This document shows, one piece after another, positions 1 to 9,347 of a stretch of 64,000 bases of DNA (its first letter is position 1; every line of letters starts with the position of its first letter). The translations under genes were made by a program, and so were the position numbers. The stretch comes from Gemmatimonadota bacterium. Its GTDB lineage: Bacteria > JAAXHH01. The stretch covers positions 21,231-85,230 of the forward strand of contig VXWP01000087.1 in the NCBI GenBank assembly GCA_009835325.1, in the 5' to 3' direction. The notes under the pieces were generated by a model. It ran no database searches. It saw nothing but the letters and a program-made list of their open reading frames with translations, and was not told the origin of the DNA.

Positions 1-275
1 CTCTGGAAGACGAAGCCGATGTTGGCCTTGCGCAGGTTGGCCCGCTGCCGCTCGGAGTGGCCGGATACTTCCTGGTCCAGGAAATAGTACTCCCCGCCCG
101 AGGGGTTGTCGAGGAGTCCGAGGATGTTGAGCAGAGTGGACTTTCCGCAGCCCGACGGTCCCATGACCGCCACGAACTCGCCCTGGTCCACGGCCATGGT
201 CACGTCGTTCAGCGCCGTCGTCTCCACCTCTTCCGTCGTGTAGAGCTTATTGAGGTTGCTGGTCGTTATCATCAT
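1..275 (-). CDS. ABC transporter ATP-binding protein (LolD/MacB-type), C-terminus cut by window edge
   Basis: Own reverse translation from ATG at 275: MMITTSNLNKLYTTEEVETTALNDVTMAVDQGEFVAVMGPSGCGKSTLLNILGLLDNPSGGEYYF..., Walker A GPSGCGKST; 37 nt downstream of the FtsX-type permease. Confidence 0.85.
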   Translation of the reverse strand, partial: MMITTSNLNKLYTTEEVETTALNDVTMAVDQGEFVAVMGPSGCGKSTLLNILGLLDNPSGGEYYFLDQEVSGHSERQRANLRKANIGFVFQ

Positions 276-312
276 ATGCCCCTTTGCGATTCAGATCGGT
301 ACTCACCGCTTC

Positions 313-2658
313 TCAATCGTTCATCAACGACTCCACCAGCGGACTCGCGTTTTTCCTCCAAACCTGAAAGGCCACCGTGCCCAGCACGAGTACCAGGGCC
401 GCGGAACCAGCCAGTACGAACTCACCGACGCCCAATGCGGCATTGAACTGGTACATCCCTAGCCAGAAACTCAGCAGCAGATAGGCGGGCGGGCAAGCCA
501 GCAGGACCGCGATCGCCAGGGGCAGCACGAACTGCCTGCCGATCAGCGCCGTCGTGTTGGACGTAGATGCGCCCAGCACCCTTCGGATACCGATTTCCTT
601 CGTTCTCCTGTTGATGTTCAACAGGCTCAGGCTGTAAACGCCCAGCAGGGCGACTGACAGCGTGATAATGGAGATGTAAAACGCTATGTCTCCCAGCAAC
701 CGTTCTCTTTGATAGAACCGGCCGATATCGTCTTCCAGGTAGTAGTACTCAAAGGGCAATCCCCCGGAGTATTGCTCCCAGACCGATTTGACGGTCGACA
801 GGGTCTGCGGCAATCCCTCCGGCCGCGTTCTGATCAGGAGAAACCGGATCCTGTCGGGCGCAAGACGCAGAACCACCGGCTCCAGTTCGTATTGCAACGA
901 CCGGTAATGGTAATCCTCCATCACGCCGATCACGCGGGCATCGTCAACGGGAATAGCCTCTCCGATCGGATCTTCCCACCCCATTTCCCTTACCAGCGCT
1001 TCATTGACGATTACGCCTTCGGTCTCATCCATGGCGTGTGTTCTTGAAAAGTCGCGTCCTTCCGCCAACGCTATGCCCAAGGTGGACAGATAGTCATAAT
1101 CCACGAGGTACTCGTAGGCCGAAAACTGCTTGCCAGACCTGTCGGTATGACCTATCTGCCCCAACCCTCTCATCGGTCCGAATGAGCTCGACGCCGCCGA
1201 GATATGGGTGATCTGGGGGTAGTCGTCCAGCGCCTCTCTCATGGGCCCGAGCATCCCGGAATCGGGCATGCTTACGACAAGCACATTGGTCGCGTCGAAG
1301 CCGAGATCCTGGTCGGCGAAGTATTGAAGCTGACGAAGTATGGTAAGCAGGCAGATCATCAGGAAGATCGAAAGCGTGAACTGCATGGTGATAAGCACTC
1401 TGCTCAAGATCGTCAATGTTCCGGCCTTTACATGATGCGCCAGGATGGAGGTGGGATCGAGGCGGGACATGTAGAGCGCGGGATAGCTTCCGGATATGAG
1501 GACGACCAGACCCGTAAGGCCGATCAGCGCCAGGAGCGTCGAAGCATTGTCGAAGTAATCGATTTTGAGATCTTTGGCGAACAGGCCGTTGAATCCTGGA
1601 AGGAGCAGATGGGCTAACGACAAGCCCAGTAGCAGCGCGGCCACACCCACCAGCAACGCCTCCCCCCAGAACTGGCCGATAAGCTGAGCGCGGGTTCCGC
1701 CCAGCGTCTTGCGCACGCCGACTTCCTTTCCGCGAAGCGCCGACCTGCCCAGCGTCACGTTGATGAAGTTGATACACGCGATGAACAGAAGGAGGAAGCC
1801 GAGCGTTCCCAGCACATACGAAACCACAATATCGCTCTTTGGAAAGAGGTCGAACAGTATCGAAGAATCCAGATAGATGCCGGCCAACGGCTGAAGTCGC
1901 ATTACGCTGGCATCTATCCCACGAAACCTGGGGAGGTGCTTTTCAACGAAGTCCGGAAACTGGGTCTCCAGGGTCCCGGCGACTTCCGGGCTGGTCAATT
2001 CGACTAAGGTAGCAGCAATAGACTGACTCCAGTTCCGATTCCAGTTGCCGTCGGCCCCCGTCAGGATCTTCATTGAAATTAGAAAATCGAACTGAAAAAT
2101 GGTATTGGCAGGAACGCGAACCACGCCGGCCACCAGGTGTTTCCGGTCGTCCATGGTCAGCCATTTTCCTACGGGGTCAGCGTCTCCGAAGTACTTCTCT
2201 GCGGATTTCTCATTCAGTACCACCTGGGATCTGCTTTCGAGGGCGCCTTCGAGATAGCCGGCAACGGCCTGAAAGGTGAGTATTTCGAAAAACCCGGGGT
2301 CGGCATAAAAAACCGTTTCTTCGCGGATGGTCACGTTTTCGTAACTCACCAGAACCGGTCCGGTATTGGCATATCGGACGGATCGGACGATGCCCGCATA
2401 TGCGTCTTCCAACGCCGGCGCGAGGGGAACGGCCGTAATCCCGATCGTCCGATACTCCCCCATGAAGGCCGTTTGGGTGACACGAAAGACGTTGGCGCCA
2501 TTTTCATGGAAACCGTCATAACTCAGTTCCTGCCGGACGAGCAGGAAGATCAGGATGCACAAGGCCATGGCTACGGACAGTCCGAATATATTGATGATGC
2601 TGTGCCCTTTACTCCGCATGATGTTTCGTAGGGCTGTTTTCAAGTAGTTTCCGATCAT
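313..2658 (-). CDS. duplicated MacB/FtsX-type ABC transporter permease
   Basis: ORF 313..2694; MIGNYLKTALRNIMRSKGHSIINIFGLSVAMA is the typical N-terminus of about 790-aa two-module FtsX permeases, so start moved to Met13; two large extracytoplasmic regions each followed by FtsX-like TM bundles. Confidence 0.8.
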   Translation of the reverse strand: MIGNYLKTALRNIMRSKGHSIINIFGLSVAMALCILIFLLVRQELSYDGFHENGANVFRVTQTAFMGEYRTIGITAVPLAPALEDAYAGIVRSVRYANTGPVLVSYENVTIREETVFYADPGFFEILTFQAVAGYLEGALESRSQVVLNEKSAEKYFGDADPVGKWLTMDDRKHLVAGVVRVPANTIFQFDFLISMKILTGADGNWNRNWSQSIAATLVELTSPEVAGTLETQFPDFVEKHLPRFRGIDASVMRLQPLAGIYLDSSILFDLFPKSDIVVSYVLGTLGFLLLFIACINFINVTLGRSALRGKEVGVRKTLGGTRAQLIGQFWGEALLVGVAALLLGLSLAHLLLPGFNGLFAKDLKIDYFDNASTLLALIGLTGLVVLISGSYPALYMSRLDPTSILAHHVKAGTLTILSRVLITMQFTLSIFLMICLLTILRQLQYFADQDLGFDATNVLVVSMPDSGMLGPMREALDDYPQITHISAASSSFGPMRGLGQIGHTDRSGKQFSAYEYLVDYDYLSTLGIALAEGRDFSRTHAMDETEGVIVNEALVREMGWEDPIGEAIPVDDARVIGVMEDYHYRSLQYELEPVVLRLAPDRIRFLLIRTRPEGLPQTLSTVKSVWEQYSGGLPFEYYYLEDDIGRFYQRERLLGDIAFYISIITLSVALLGVYSLSLLNINRRTKEIGIRRVLGASTSNTTALIGRQFVLPLAIAVLLACPPAYLLLSFWLGMYQFNAALGVGEFVLAGSAALVLVLGTVAFQVWRKNASPLVESLMND

Positions 2659-2963
2659 CGTTCCGCTCCTTCGTTCCGCTCCTTCCAGTTCCATTCAGGT
2701 CGCTATCAAAAGGAAAGCCGGTGATCTGCGGTCATTCAGCCGCCCCCGAGCGTACCTGCGATCGTGTCTTCTACCTTCCAAACAATAGGAAGATCAGACC
2801 AAATGCCTATAGGGTGAACACCTGATTCGGCGTGGGATTTTCCCTTAAATCTCAAGAAAACCCGGATATGTCGGAAATAACGGGAGGTTAAGCGGGGTGC
2901 GGCAGTGCGAGGTGTCGGAACCTGCTCGTACTAAGGAAGATTGATGGTCAGGGAGACTCAGAT

Positions 2964-3617
2964 CTACTTGTCGAGGAAAGTCAGACGGTATTTAAGGGCA
3001 ATTCGGACGAGGTCCGGCAGATTTCGAGCTTCCAGCTTTTTCGTCAGATTCGTCCGATGTGTTTCGACTGTTTTGGCGCTGATGTTCAGGAGGTGAGCCG
3101 TGGCCTGATTTGTATGGCCTTCGGCGATCAATTGCAGAACCTCTCTTTCACGCGATGAAAGTCTATCAACGGGGCTAAGGGTCCGGTCGTCTGTTTCATT
3201 CTGCAGGTATCCTGTCAATACGGATCGAGCAACCGAGGGAGACAGATATACTTCGTCTTTGCTGGCAGACCGGATAGCGAGAAGAAGCTCTTCAACTAAA
3301 GATCGTTTAAGAAGATATCCTTTCGCACCATTCTTAAGTGCCTGGCGCACCATATCTTCATCGGAATACATGGACAGGATGACGACGCGTGTCCCCACAT
3401 CCAATGACTGTATTCGGTATGTGGTTTCTATGCCGTTCAATAAGGGCATGGCTATGTCCACCAAGGCTACGTCCGGCCTTTTCCGCTGAATCAATTTCAG
3501 TGTTTCCTGGCCATCCGACGCTTCGCCGACGACTTCGATATCATCCGTCGTTTCAAGTAATGATTTGATGCTTTCGCGGAACAGATGATGATCGTCGGCA
3601 ATGACGACTTTAATCAT
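2964..3617 (-). CDS. NarL/LuxR-family response regulator
   Basis: Receiver domain (VIADDHHLFRE...DVALVDIAMP) plus C-terminal HTH (LSSREREVLQLIAEGHTNQATAHLLNISAKTVETHRTNL). Confidence 0.9.
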   Translation of the reverse strand: MIKVVIADDHHLFRESIKSLLETTDDIEVVGEASDGQETLKLIQRKRPDVALVDIAMPLLNGIETTYRIQSLDVGTRVVILSMYSDEDMVRQALKNGAKGYLLKRSLVEELLLAIRSASKDEVYLSPSVARSVLTGYLQNETDDRTLSPVDRLSSREREVLQLIAEGHTNQATAHLLNISAKTVETHRTNLTKKLEARNLPDLVRIALKYRLTFLDK

Positions 3618-6277
3618 GTTTCCTCCAGGGGTATTGAAGCGATCAACCGTGTACCGGTACCTGTATCTGAATGGATATCCAGAACGCCCCCAAACGGTTC
3701 CAGGCGTTCCTTCATGTCGATTAAACCGATACCCGGGGCAACCTGGTCCTCGGGTGTCGAATCAGGATCGAATCCTCGGCCGTTATCGAGAATCGACAGT
3801 TGTATGTTCCGGTCTGTCTGTTTCAATCCCACTTCGACGTGGGTGGCGTGACCATGTTTAGCGCAATTCGCAAGCCCTTCCTGCAAAATACGATACAGGC
3901 AGATATCAATTGTGTTGGAGAACCTGGGACAATCCATGCCATTATACACAACCGTGATACGGGTCCGATGAGCGAAGCTCTTGCACAATCCGTCCAGCGC
4001 CGCGTTCAATCCGACCGTATCGAGAATCGGCGGGCGCAGATCGTGGGCGATTGTTCGCAGTTTTTCCAGGGTTTCGTCGGTCATCGTTACCACATCTCGA
4101 AGTCGTTCCCGCGTATCTTCGGAAACACCGGCCAGATCTCTCTGCGTAAGTTCCAGACTTGTCTTTAATGCCAAAAGATCCTGACCGGTATCGTCATGCA
4201 GGTCTCGTGCTATGCGACGGCGTTCGGATTCCTGTGCGTCGACGAGTCGACGTGAAAGCGCCCTCATTCTATCGGCCTGCACCTTCAGCGATGCGCCCAT
4301 TTCCAGGTTTTCCATTGCCAGTTCCAGCTCCCCAGCCAGGACAAGCAACTGTTCTTTCTCGTCGTTGCTAAACGGTTCTTCCGACCGCTTTGCTCCCAGT
4401 GCCAATGCCCCTTTGTAGCCGGACTCGCCACCCAGTAAGATGATCAGCTCGAAGGGCGGTTCGCCGGGTATCCCACTGGAAACGATATCTCCATATTCGA
4501 TTGGGGATCTATCGGCAGCCGTAGTCTTTAAGAGGTGCTCGACCGTACCGGTGGACTCGATGAAAAAGGATCTGTTGCGGGCTGTGTTTTGCTCGGAACC
4601 CTCCTCAACGCCGTACCACGAAAGCGACAGTGGTTTTTCCGAATTTGCTTTGAGATAAATTGCCATACAGGACAGGTCCAGCCCCTCCAGTAGTTCCCGT
4701 CCGGTTTTTTCAAGCAGGGAATCCGAATCCTGACACCTCGACAGGGCTCGTCCCAGTTCTAGCAGTCGCTGCCGATTCAGAAGTTCATTTCGTAGGAAGT
4801 ATCGGTCCATTGCCTGGATGACCGGCGTCTTCACCCAGTTCCACCCTCCCATGAGTATCAAAATGAGCCCTGCGACGGCACTCGCTACAACGAGGTCGGA
4901 GGCTCTGACAACGAACTCTTCTGATGAAATCATGTAATAGAGTATGACAAACATCGCAATGCTCAGTATGAGAAACACACCCTGATTGGTGATCAGGTAC
5001 CTGATGCTCTTTCCGAAGACGAATCTCAGGCCGAACACCCGATGTGCAAGAATCGCGTAGGCAAATGCGAGCGCCAACAGACACTGCATCCCCGCCGGGA
5101 TAATCCGGTCAATGAACCATACGATCAACGGCAGCATCTGACCGTGGTCGGGAATCAGCCCCCATGAAGCCAGCATTCTGCCGGGTTGTGCGATCAACCA
5201 GGACGGTGCGAGTATCAGGGCCAGGAAGAATCCGGCTTCAATAATGTGCAGCCGTGTTCGTTGTTGCCGGCGTGCGACGTAATGTTGTGCGATCAGAAGG
5301 CATCCAGCCATCGCCATTAAGACAATAGCCGGAACGGGTGCGGGTACCAGTTGCGCAATGCTGTCAACTACTCCAACCCAATCGTGAGCCCAGTCATAGA
5401 TCAAACCCAAAAAACTGATGAGCCCCATTACCCCAAAGACAAACATGGGAATGAGGATGAACCAGATCCTCCTTCGGATCCATGATCCGATCTTTGTGGT
5501 GGTGGGATAGACGGTTAAAATCAACAGGATCAGGATGGACTGCAGATAACCTGCCGCAAATACAACGCCCAGACTAAGTGGGATCGTCCAGGCCGGCCAT
5601 GCGGCAATCAGATAGAAGACAGCCGGCGATACCATAGCCATCGTGAGGACAAGCAACGCGCACTGGAATGCCACCGTATTCTTCATGCCGTGGTATCCCA
5701 ACCAGGTGCCAAAGCCCAGAAGGACAATCGAGAAGATCAGGAACGGGCCACGCTGAAGCCAACTCATTAGCTCGCTGCTGATCACTATATCTTGTTGATC
5801 ACTCCCGCGGGTGTCACGTGCGTAGTCATTCGGCTCGAGTGTGAGGAATGCCTCGTGTACCTGGTTATCGCGAACCCATGTGAGATTGAGGCGGTCTCCG
5901 GGTCTGTTCTCCGAGTGCGCCTGAAAGTAGGATGAAGGATTCGACTCCAGGTCCATGCTGTCGATGGACAAAAGTCTATCGCCTGCCCGCAGGCCCGCCT
6001 GGTCGGCCGGGCTGTCGGGCGTAACGCGTTCAACGATAAAACCTCCTGCCCACTTTATGAACATGAGTTGTAACCAGGTGCCTTCGTGAAGACGGCTGAC
6101 CGCACCTCTCGACGATCCTCCCGTAGGAATCGTCTCACTTCCCCAAAGCTGGATACCGGACGACCAGCGGTCGATCTTGGCCAGTCGAATCGTCGACCAG
6201 GTAACCATGCCGATGTGTAAACACAACAACATGATCAGCGTACTCAGTATCAGATAACGGTAGATAAGCGATTTCAA
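3614..6277 (-). CDS. PDZ-domain-containing polytopic sensor histidine kinase (HisKA_3/HATPase_c)
   Basis: 887 aa; N-terminal TM, PDZ-like VERVTPDSPADQAGLRAGDRLLSID, many hydrophobic helices, H-box RRRIARDLHDDTGQDL, ATPase region GRGFDP...GIGLIDMKERLE; 4-nt overlap with the regulator gene. Confidence 0.85.
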   Translation of the reverse strand: MKSLIYRYLILSTLIMLLCLHIGMVTWSTIRLAKIDRWSSGIQLWGSETIPTGGSSRGAVSRLHEGTWLQLMFIKWAGGFIVERVTPDSPADQAGLRAGDRLLSIDSMDLESNPSSYFQAHSENRPGDRLNLTWVRDNQVHEAFLTLEPNDYARDTRGSDQQDIVISSELMSWLQRGPFLIFSIVLLGFGTWLGYHGMKNTVAFQCALLVLTMAMVSPAVFYLIAAWPAWTIPLSLGVVFAAGYLQSILILLILTVYPTTTKIGSWIRRRIWFILIPMFVFGVMGLISFLGLIYDWAHDWVGVVDSIAQLVPAPVPAIVLMAMAGCLLIAQHYVARRQQRTRLHIIEAGFFLALILAPSWLIAQPGRMLASWGLIPDHGQMLPLIVWFIDRIIPAGMQCLLALAFAYAILAHRVFGLRFVFGKSIRYLITNQGVFLILSIAMFVILYYMISSEEFVVRASDLVVASAVAGLILILMGGWNWVKTPVIQAMDRYFLRNELLNRQRLLELGRALSRCQDSDSLLEKTGRELLEGLDLSCMAIYLKANSEKPLSLSWYGVEEGSEQNTARNRSFFIESTGTVEHLLKTTAADRSPIEYGDIVSSGIPGEPPFELIILLGGESGYKGALALGAKRSEEPFSNDEKEQLLVLAGELELAMENLEMGASLKVQADRMRALSRRLVDAQESERRRIARDLHDDTGQDLLALKTSLELTQRDLAGVSEDTRERLRDVVTMTDETLEKLRTIAHDLRPPILDTVGLNAALDGLCKSFAHRTRITVVYNGMDCPRFSNTIDICLYRILQEGLANCAKHGHATHVEVGLKQTDRNIQLSILDNGRGFDPDSTPEDQVAPGIGLIDMKERLEPFGGVLDIHSDTGTGTRLIASIPLEET

Positions 6278-6549
6278 ACAAAGCCATCCCGAGATATGAT
6301 CTCTGAATAAAACCGGTCAGGTGATCGTCAGTCGAAATAAAGGATATAAATGTATACCGGGCAGGGTGGGGTTTTACCAAAAAAGTGCCGCTGAATCGCA
6401 GGCGTCAAGGAGAGTTCCGTCCATGCGAGTTCAAGAAAACCGGTGGGTCTTGCAGACACAGTCACAGGCCGAACCGTCACAGTTCAGTCCTCACGCTGGT
6501 TCGGGATCCCTGTTCGGGCGAGTTGTCAATGGGGTGCCGACCCGGCCAA

Positions 6550-9210
6550 TCACGATTCGGTTCGCGTCCGCAGTGCCGCCAGCAGGCCCGGCACCCCGAA
6601 GAACAGCAGGCTGAGGGTCGAGGGGTTCATGTCGATGGATCCGCGCTTGCGGGGATCTTCGCTCCAGTCCTGCGCGTCGATGAGCTGTTCCAGGATCTTC
6701 AGGCCGGTCTCCAGGTAGCGGTGGTCGCCCGTCATGCGATGGGCATAGCCCAGGTGCCGGCAGAGGATGCCGCCGTAATGTTCCTTGAGCGGCCGGTCGG
6801 ACGCGAAAGTGTCCGGAAAGCCGCAGAACCAGTCCACAGCCCGGCGGTAAGTCTCGGCAACGTCCTCCCTGCCGGTCATCCGGTGCATCAACTCCAGGCC
6901 GATCATCAGGTAATGGGCCTGGTAACCCTTCTGTTCCTCGTAGGGCAGGTCGCGGATCATGCGGGAGAACGGGCCGCCGAGCCCCCTGAACTCGTCGTCG
7001 GTAAAGGGGTCGGCCGTCCCTGTTTCAACGGCCAGCGTCGTGCCTTCCGTGGCCATGCCGTAGGGTAGTTGTTTCGGCAGCCGGTCTGGTGTCGCGACCT
7101 GGAATCGCTTGTGCCAGCTCCCGTCCTCGTTCTGGCCCCGGGCGACGATGGCGTACACATCCTCGGCGCGACGCAGGAAGCGGTCCTCGCCGGTCGCTTC
7201 GTATACGTGAAGCAGTCCGCGCAACACATTGGCGATGGACCGCAGGCTGAAGCTGAAGGCCGGGTCTTCGGTCCACCGGTAACGCAGGAAGAACGCGCCG
7301 GCCTCGCGCAGGACTTCAAGGGTCCTGCCGTCTCCGGTCAGATAGTAGTGGTCGATCCAGTTGTCGACGAAGGTATGGGAAGCGCAAGGCTCATCACCGA
7401 AATGATCGACGCCGTGGCGGTAGCAGCCGCCGACCATGTACGGCCGGAAGGGATGCCAGTGGCACGTATCCACGTCCATCGAATGGCGGGTCATGGCTTC
7501 GGCCAGCGCGAAGTAACGCGGATCAGCCGTGCGCTGGTACTGGATCCAGACCGCATGACGGGGGTCCCACTCGCTGTTGCACCAGCCCCAGCGGCCCTGG
7601 TGCTTCCAGTCGTCCTCGGCCTCGTCCCACGTGGCCCGGACATCGCCGTAGTCCAGGTAACCGTACCAGCGTCCGAGTCGGACGTTGCGCGCCAGCCAGT
7701 CCGCGAAACCCGTCAGCATGCGATCCGCGGCACGGAACATCTCCGCCGGTATCCCCTGCCTGCCGGCGTCAACCAAAGTGGAAGCTGCGAAGCCTCCCGC
7801 GGCCCCGCATCGGTCCATCCACTCGGGCGAGACCGATACGTGGGGCTGCGACAGGGCGCATCGAAGCGTTACGACCGCCACCTCGCGGCGATCTTCCTCG
7901 AAGTACAGGACGTAGCTCTCGGTGGTTTTCGCGATACCGGTCCCGTCGGCGTACACCCCCTCTCCCTCGTGCCAGGCGACTTCTTCGGCGTACCGTGCCA
8001 GGGAAAGGCGGCCACCGTCCGGGTCGTGGCGCGCGTACACGGTCAACCGTCCGTCACCGGTCAATTCGATGGCGCGTGGGTATTCCTCGGCCAGGTGCAG
8101 GCATGCGACGCCGACGCCGGACTTCCCGTCACTGAGTGTCGCCCACCCTTCGCACGCTTCATCTTCGGCGATGATGCTTTCGATCCCCGGCCGTCCGTGC
8201 ATCACCTGCACCTGGCTGTCCTTCTTCTGCGCGACGCGCAGACGCTCACCCTGATCCAGCGTTCCCGTAACGATCCCGTTCAGTCCAAAGTCGTAGCCCG
8301 GGCTGTATCCCGTGAACGGGGTGGGGACGTCCAGGGCGAGGTCTTCGATTTCCACTTCACGCGGATTGCAGGTGATGACGTGGGTCTGGAGTATCCGCAG
8401 AAACGCCTGCCCGGCATAGGCGTGGATCCGGGTTATACACCGTACCGGCCGGTAGCCGCCGTAATGATGCATGGGGATGTCGGCTTCCAGCGCGCTCTCC
8501 AGCCGGATCACGGTGCGCAGCGGACCCCGTTCCTCGACGGCTACTGAATAGGAGTCACCGGCCAGCGATGCCCTGCACAGGCCGCCCGGACCGTACAGCC
8601 GGCGTTTCAGTTCCCCGTCGGAAGCGCCCTCACTGATCCGTGCCCAGGCATCGCCTGCCCGGTCCCGGCCGCATTCCGCATGGACCGGCTCGCTGTGCTG
8701 CGCATCGCCTAGTTGCGTATCGCCGCTCCGCGCATCGCCGCTCCGCGCATCGCCGCGCTGCGTATCGCCGAGCGCGACGGCATGGTAGAGGCCGTATCGA
8801 TGGCGGTCGACCCTGAATCGCAGGACGCCCGTGTCCACGTGGAGATCGTTTTCGGTTTCTTCGACGCGTACTGAAGGATATGTGTTGGGATTGCCAGTAG
8901 TGGTTTGCCTGGTTGCCGAAGCTTCATCGCCCGTATCATCCGTAAGTTGATAGGTCGCCCTCCCGGTTGAGCCGGCACTCGCCTGGAAATCAACGAGCAC
9001 CCACTTCACCGATCCGTCCGCCCAGCGACCGAGTACCCGGAACTGGACCGGGACGCGATCGCCATCGGGATTCACGACGGCCAGACCTTCCGTCCCGCGC
9101 AGCATGCCCTCGGGAATGGGCACACCTCGCGTAACCGGCCATTGCGCCGGGTGACGTTCCGGGTCATGGGAATACGTAAGGGGAATCGATATCATGCCGT
9201 TTGTGGGCAT
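6550..9210 (-). CDS. large PL26/YetA-like (exo-rhamnogalacturonan-lyase-family-like) protein, function uncertain
   Basis: 903-aa ORF 6550..9261. N-terminal PVTRGVPIPEG...GSVKWVLVDF region and C-terminal helical region resemble that family from memory only. Start uncertain (GTG 9261, ATG 9210, ATG 9195). Confidence 0.55.
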   Translation of the reverse strand: MPTNGMISIPLTYSHDPERHPAQWPVTRGVPIPEGMLRGTEGLAVVNPDGDRVPVQFRVLGRWADGSVKWVLVDFQASAGSTGRATYQLTDDTGDEASATRQTTTGNPNTYPSVRVEETENDLHVDTGVLRFRVDRHRYGLYHAVALGDTQRGDARSGDARSGDTQLGDAQHSEPVHAECGRDRAGDAWARISEGASDGELKRRLYGPGGLCRASLAGDSYSVAVEERGPLRTVIRLESALEADIPMHHYGGYRPVRCITRIHAYAGQAFLRILQTHVITCNPREVEIEDLALDVPTPFTGYSPGYDFGLNGIVTGTLDQGERLRVAQKKDSQVQVMHGRPGIESIIAEDEACEGWATLSDGKSGVGVACLHLAEEYPRAIELTGDGRLTVYARHDPDGGRLSLARYAEEVAWHEGEGVYADGTGIAKTTESYVLYFEEDRREVAVVTLRCALSQPHVSVSPEWMDRCGAAGGFAASTLVDAGRQGIPAEMFRAADRMLTGFADWLARNVRLGRWYGYLDYGDVRATWDEAEDDWKHQGRWGWCNSEWDPRHAVWIQYQRTADPRYFALAEAMTRHSMDVDTCHWHPFRPYMVGGCYRHGVDHFGDEPCASHTFVDNWIDHYYLTGDGRTLEVLREAGAFFLRYRWTEDPAFSFSLRSIANVLRGLLHVYEATGEDRFLRRAEDVYAIVARGQNEDGSWHKRFQVATPDRLPKQLPYGMATEGTTLAVETGTADPFTDDEFRGLGGPFSRMIRDLPYEEQKGYQAHYLMIGLELMHRMTGREDVAETYRRAVDWFCGFPDTFASDRPLKEHYGGILCRHLGYAHRMTGDHRYLETGLKILEQLIDAQDWSEDPRKRGSIDMNPSTLSLLFFGVPGLLAALRTRTES
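8700..8774. repeat. 15-bp x5 in-frame tandem repeat inside the 903-aa gene
   Basis: gcg(c/t)atcgccg(c)tcc units read directly; encodes GDTQRGDARSGDARSGDTQLGDAQ. Confidence 0.9.
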
Positions 9211-9247
9211 CGCTTGATCAAGACCTGCCTCATCCCTATATTCTGGC

Positions 9248-9281
9248 GCACCGAGACGCACCGAGACGCACCGAGACGCAC
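9248..9281. repeat. 10-bp x3.4 perfect tandem repeat (gcaccgagac) in divergent intergenic/5' region
   Basis: Read directly. Unit length is not a multiple of 3, which argues that the 903-aa gene starts downstream of it. Confidence 0.9.
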
Positions 9282-9347
9282 TGAATACGGGAAGCCGTCG
9301 CGGTCAGTAAACCGGGTTACACTCGAATATAATCCAAGGAGAACGCC

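Noticed and set aside
235-245. Apparent +1 frameshift near the start of the ABC ATPase gene.
   Set aside because: This was my own one-base indexing slip. Re-reading the sequence gives a continuous frame from the ATG at 275 through Walker A.
7069-8547. Long ORFs antisense to well-supported genes. Examples: 7069..8547 (+), 14605..15906 (+), 20352..22169 (+), 25362..28601 (+, 1079 aa), 32981..34675 (-), 41429..42490 (+), 48591..49748 (+), 58442..59773 (+).
   Set aside because: Each lies opposite a gene with clear family motifs. Their translations are Arg/Gly/Pro/Ala/His-rich with no recognisable motifs. This is the expected shadow-ORF effect of high GC content.
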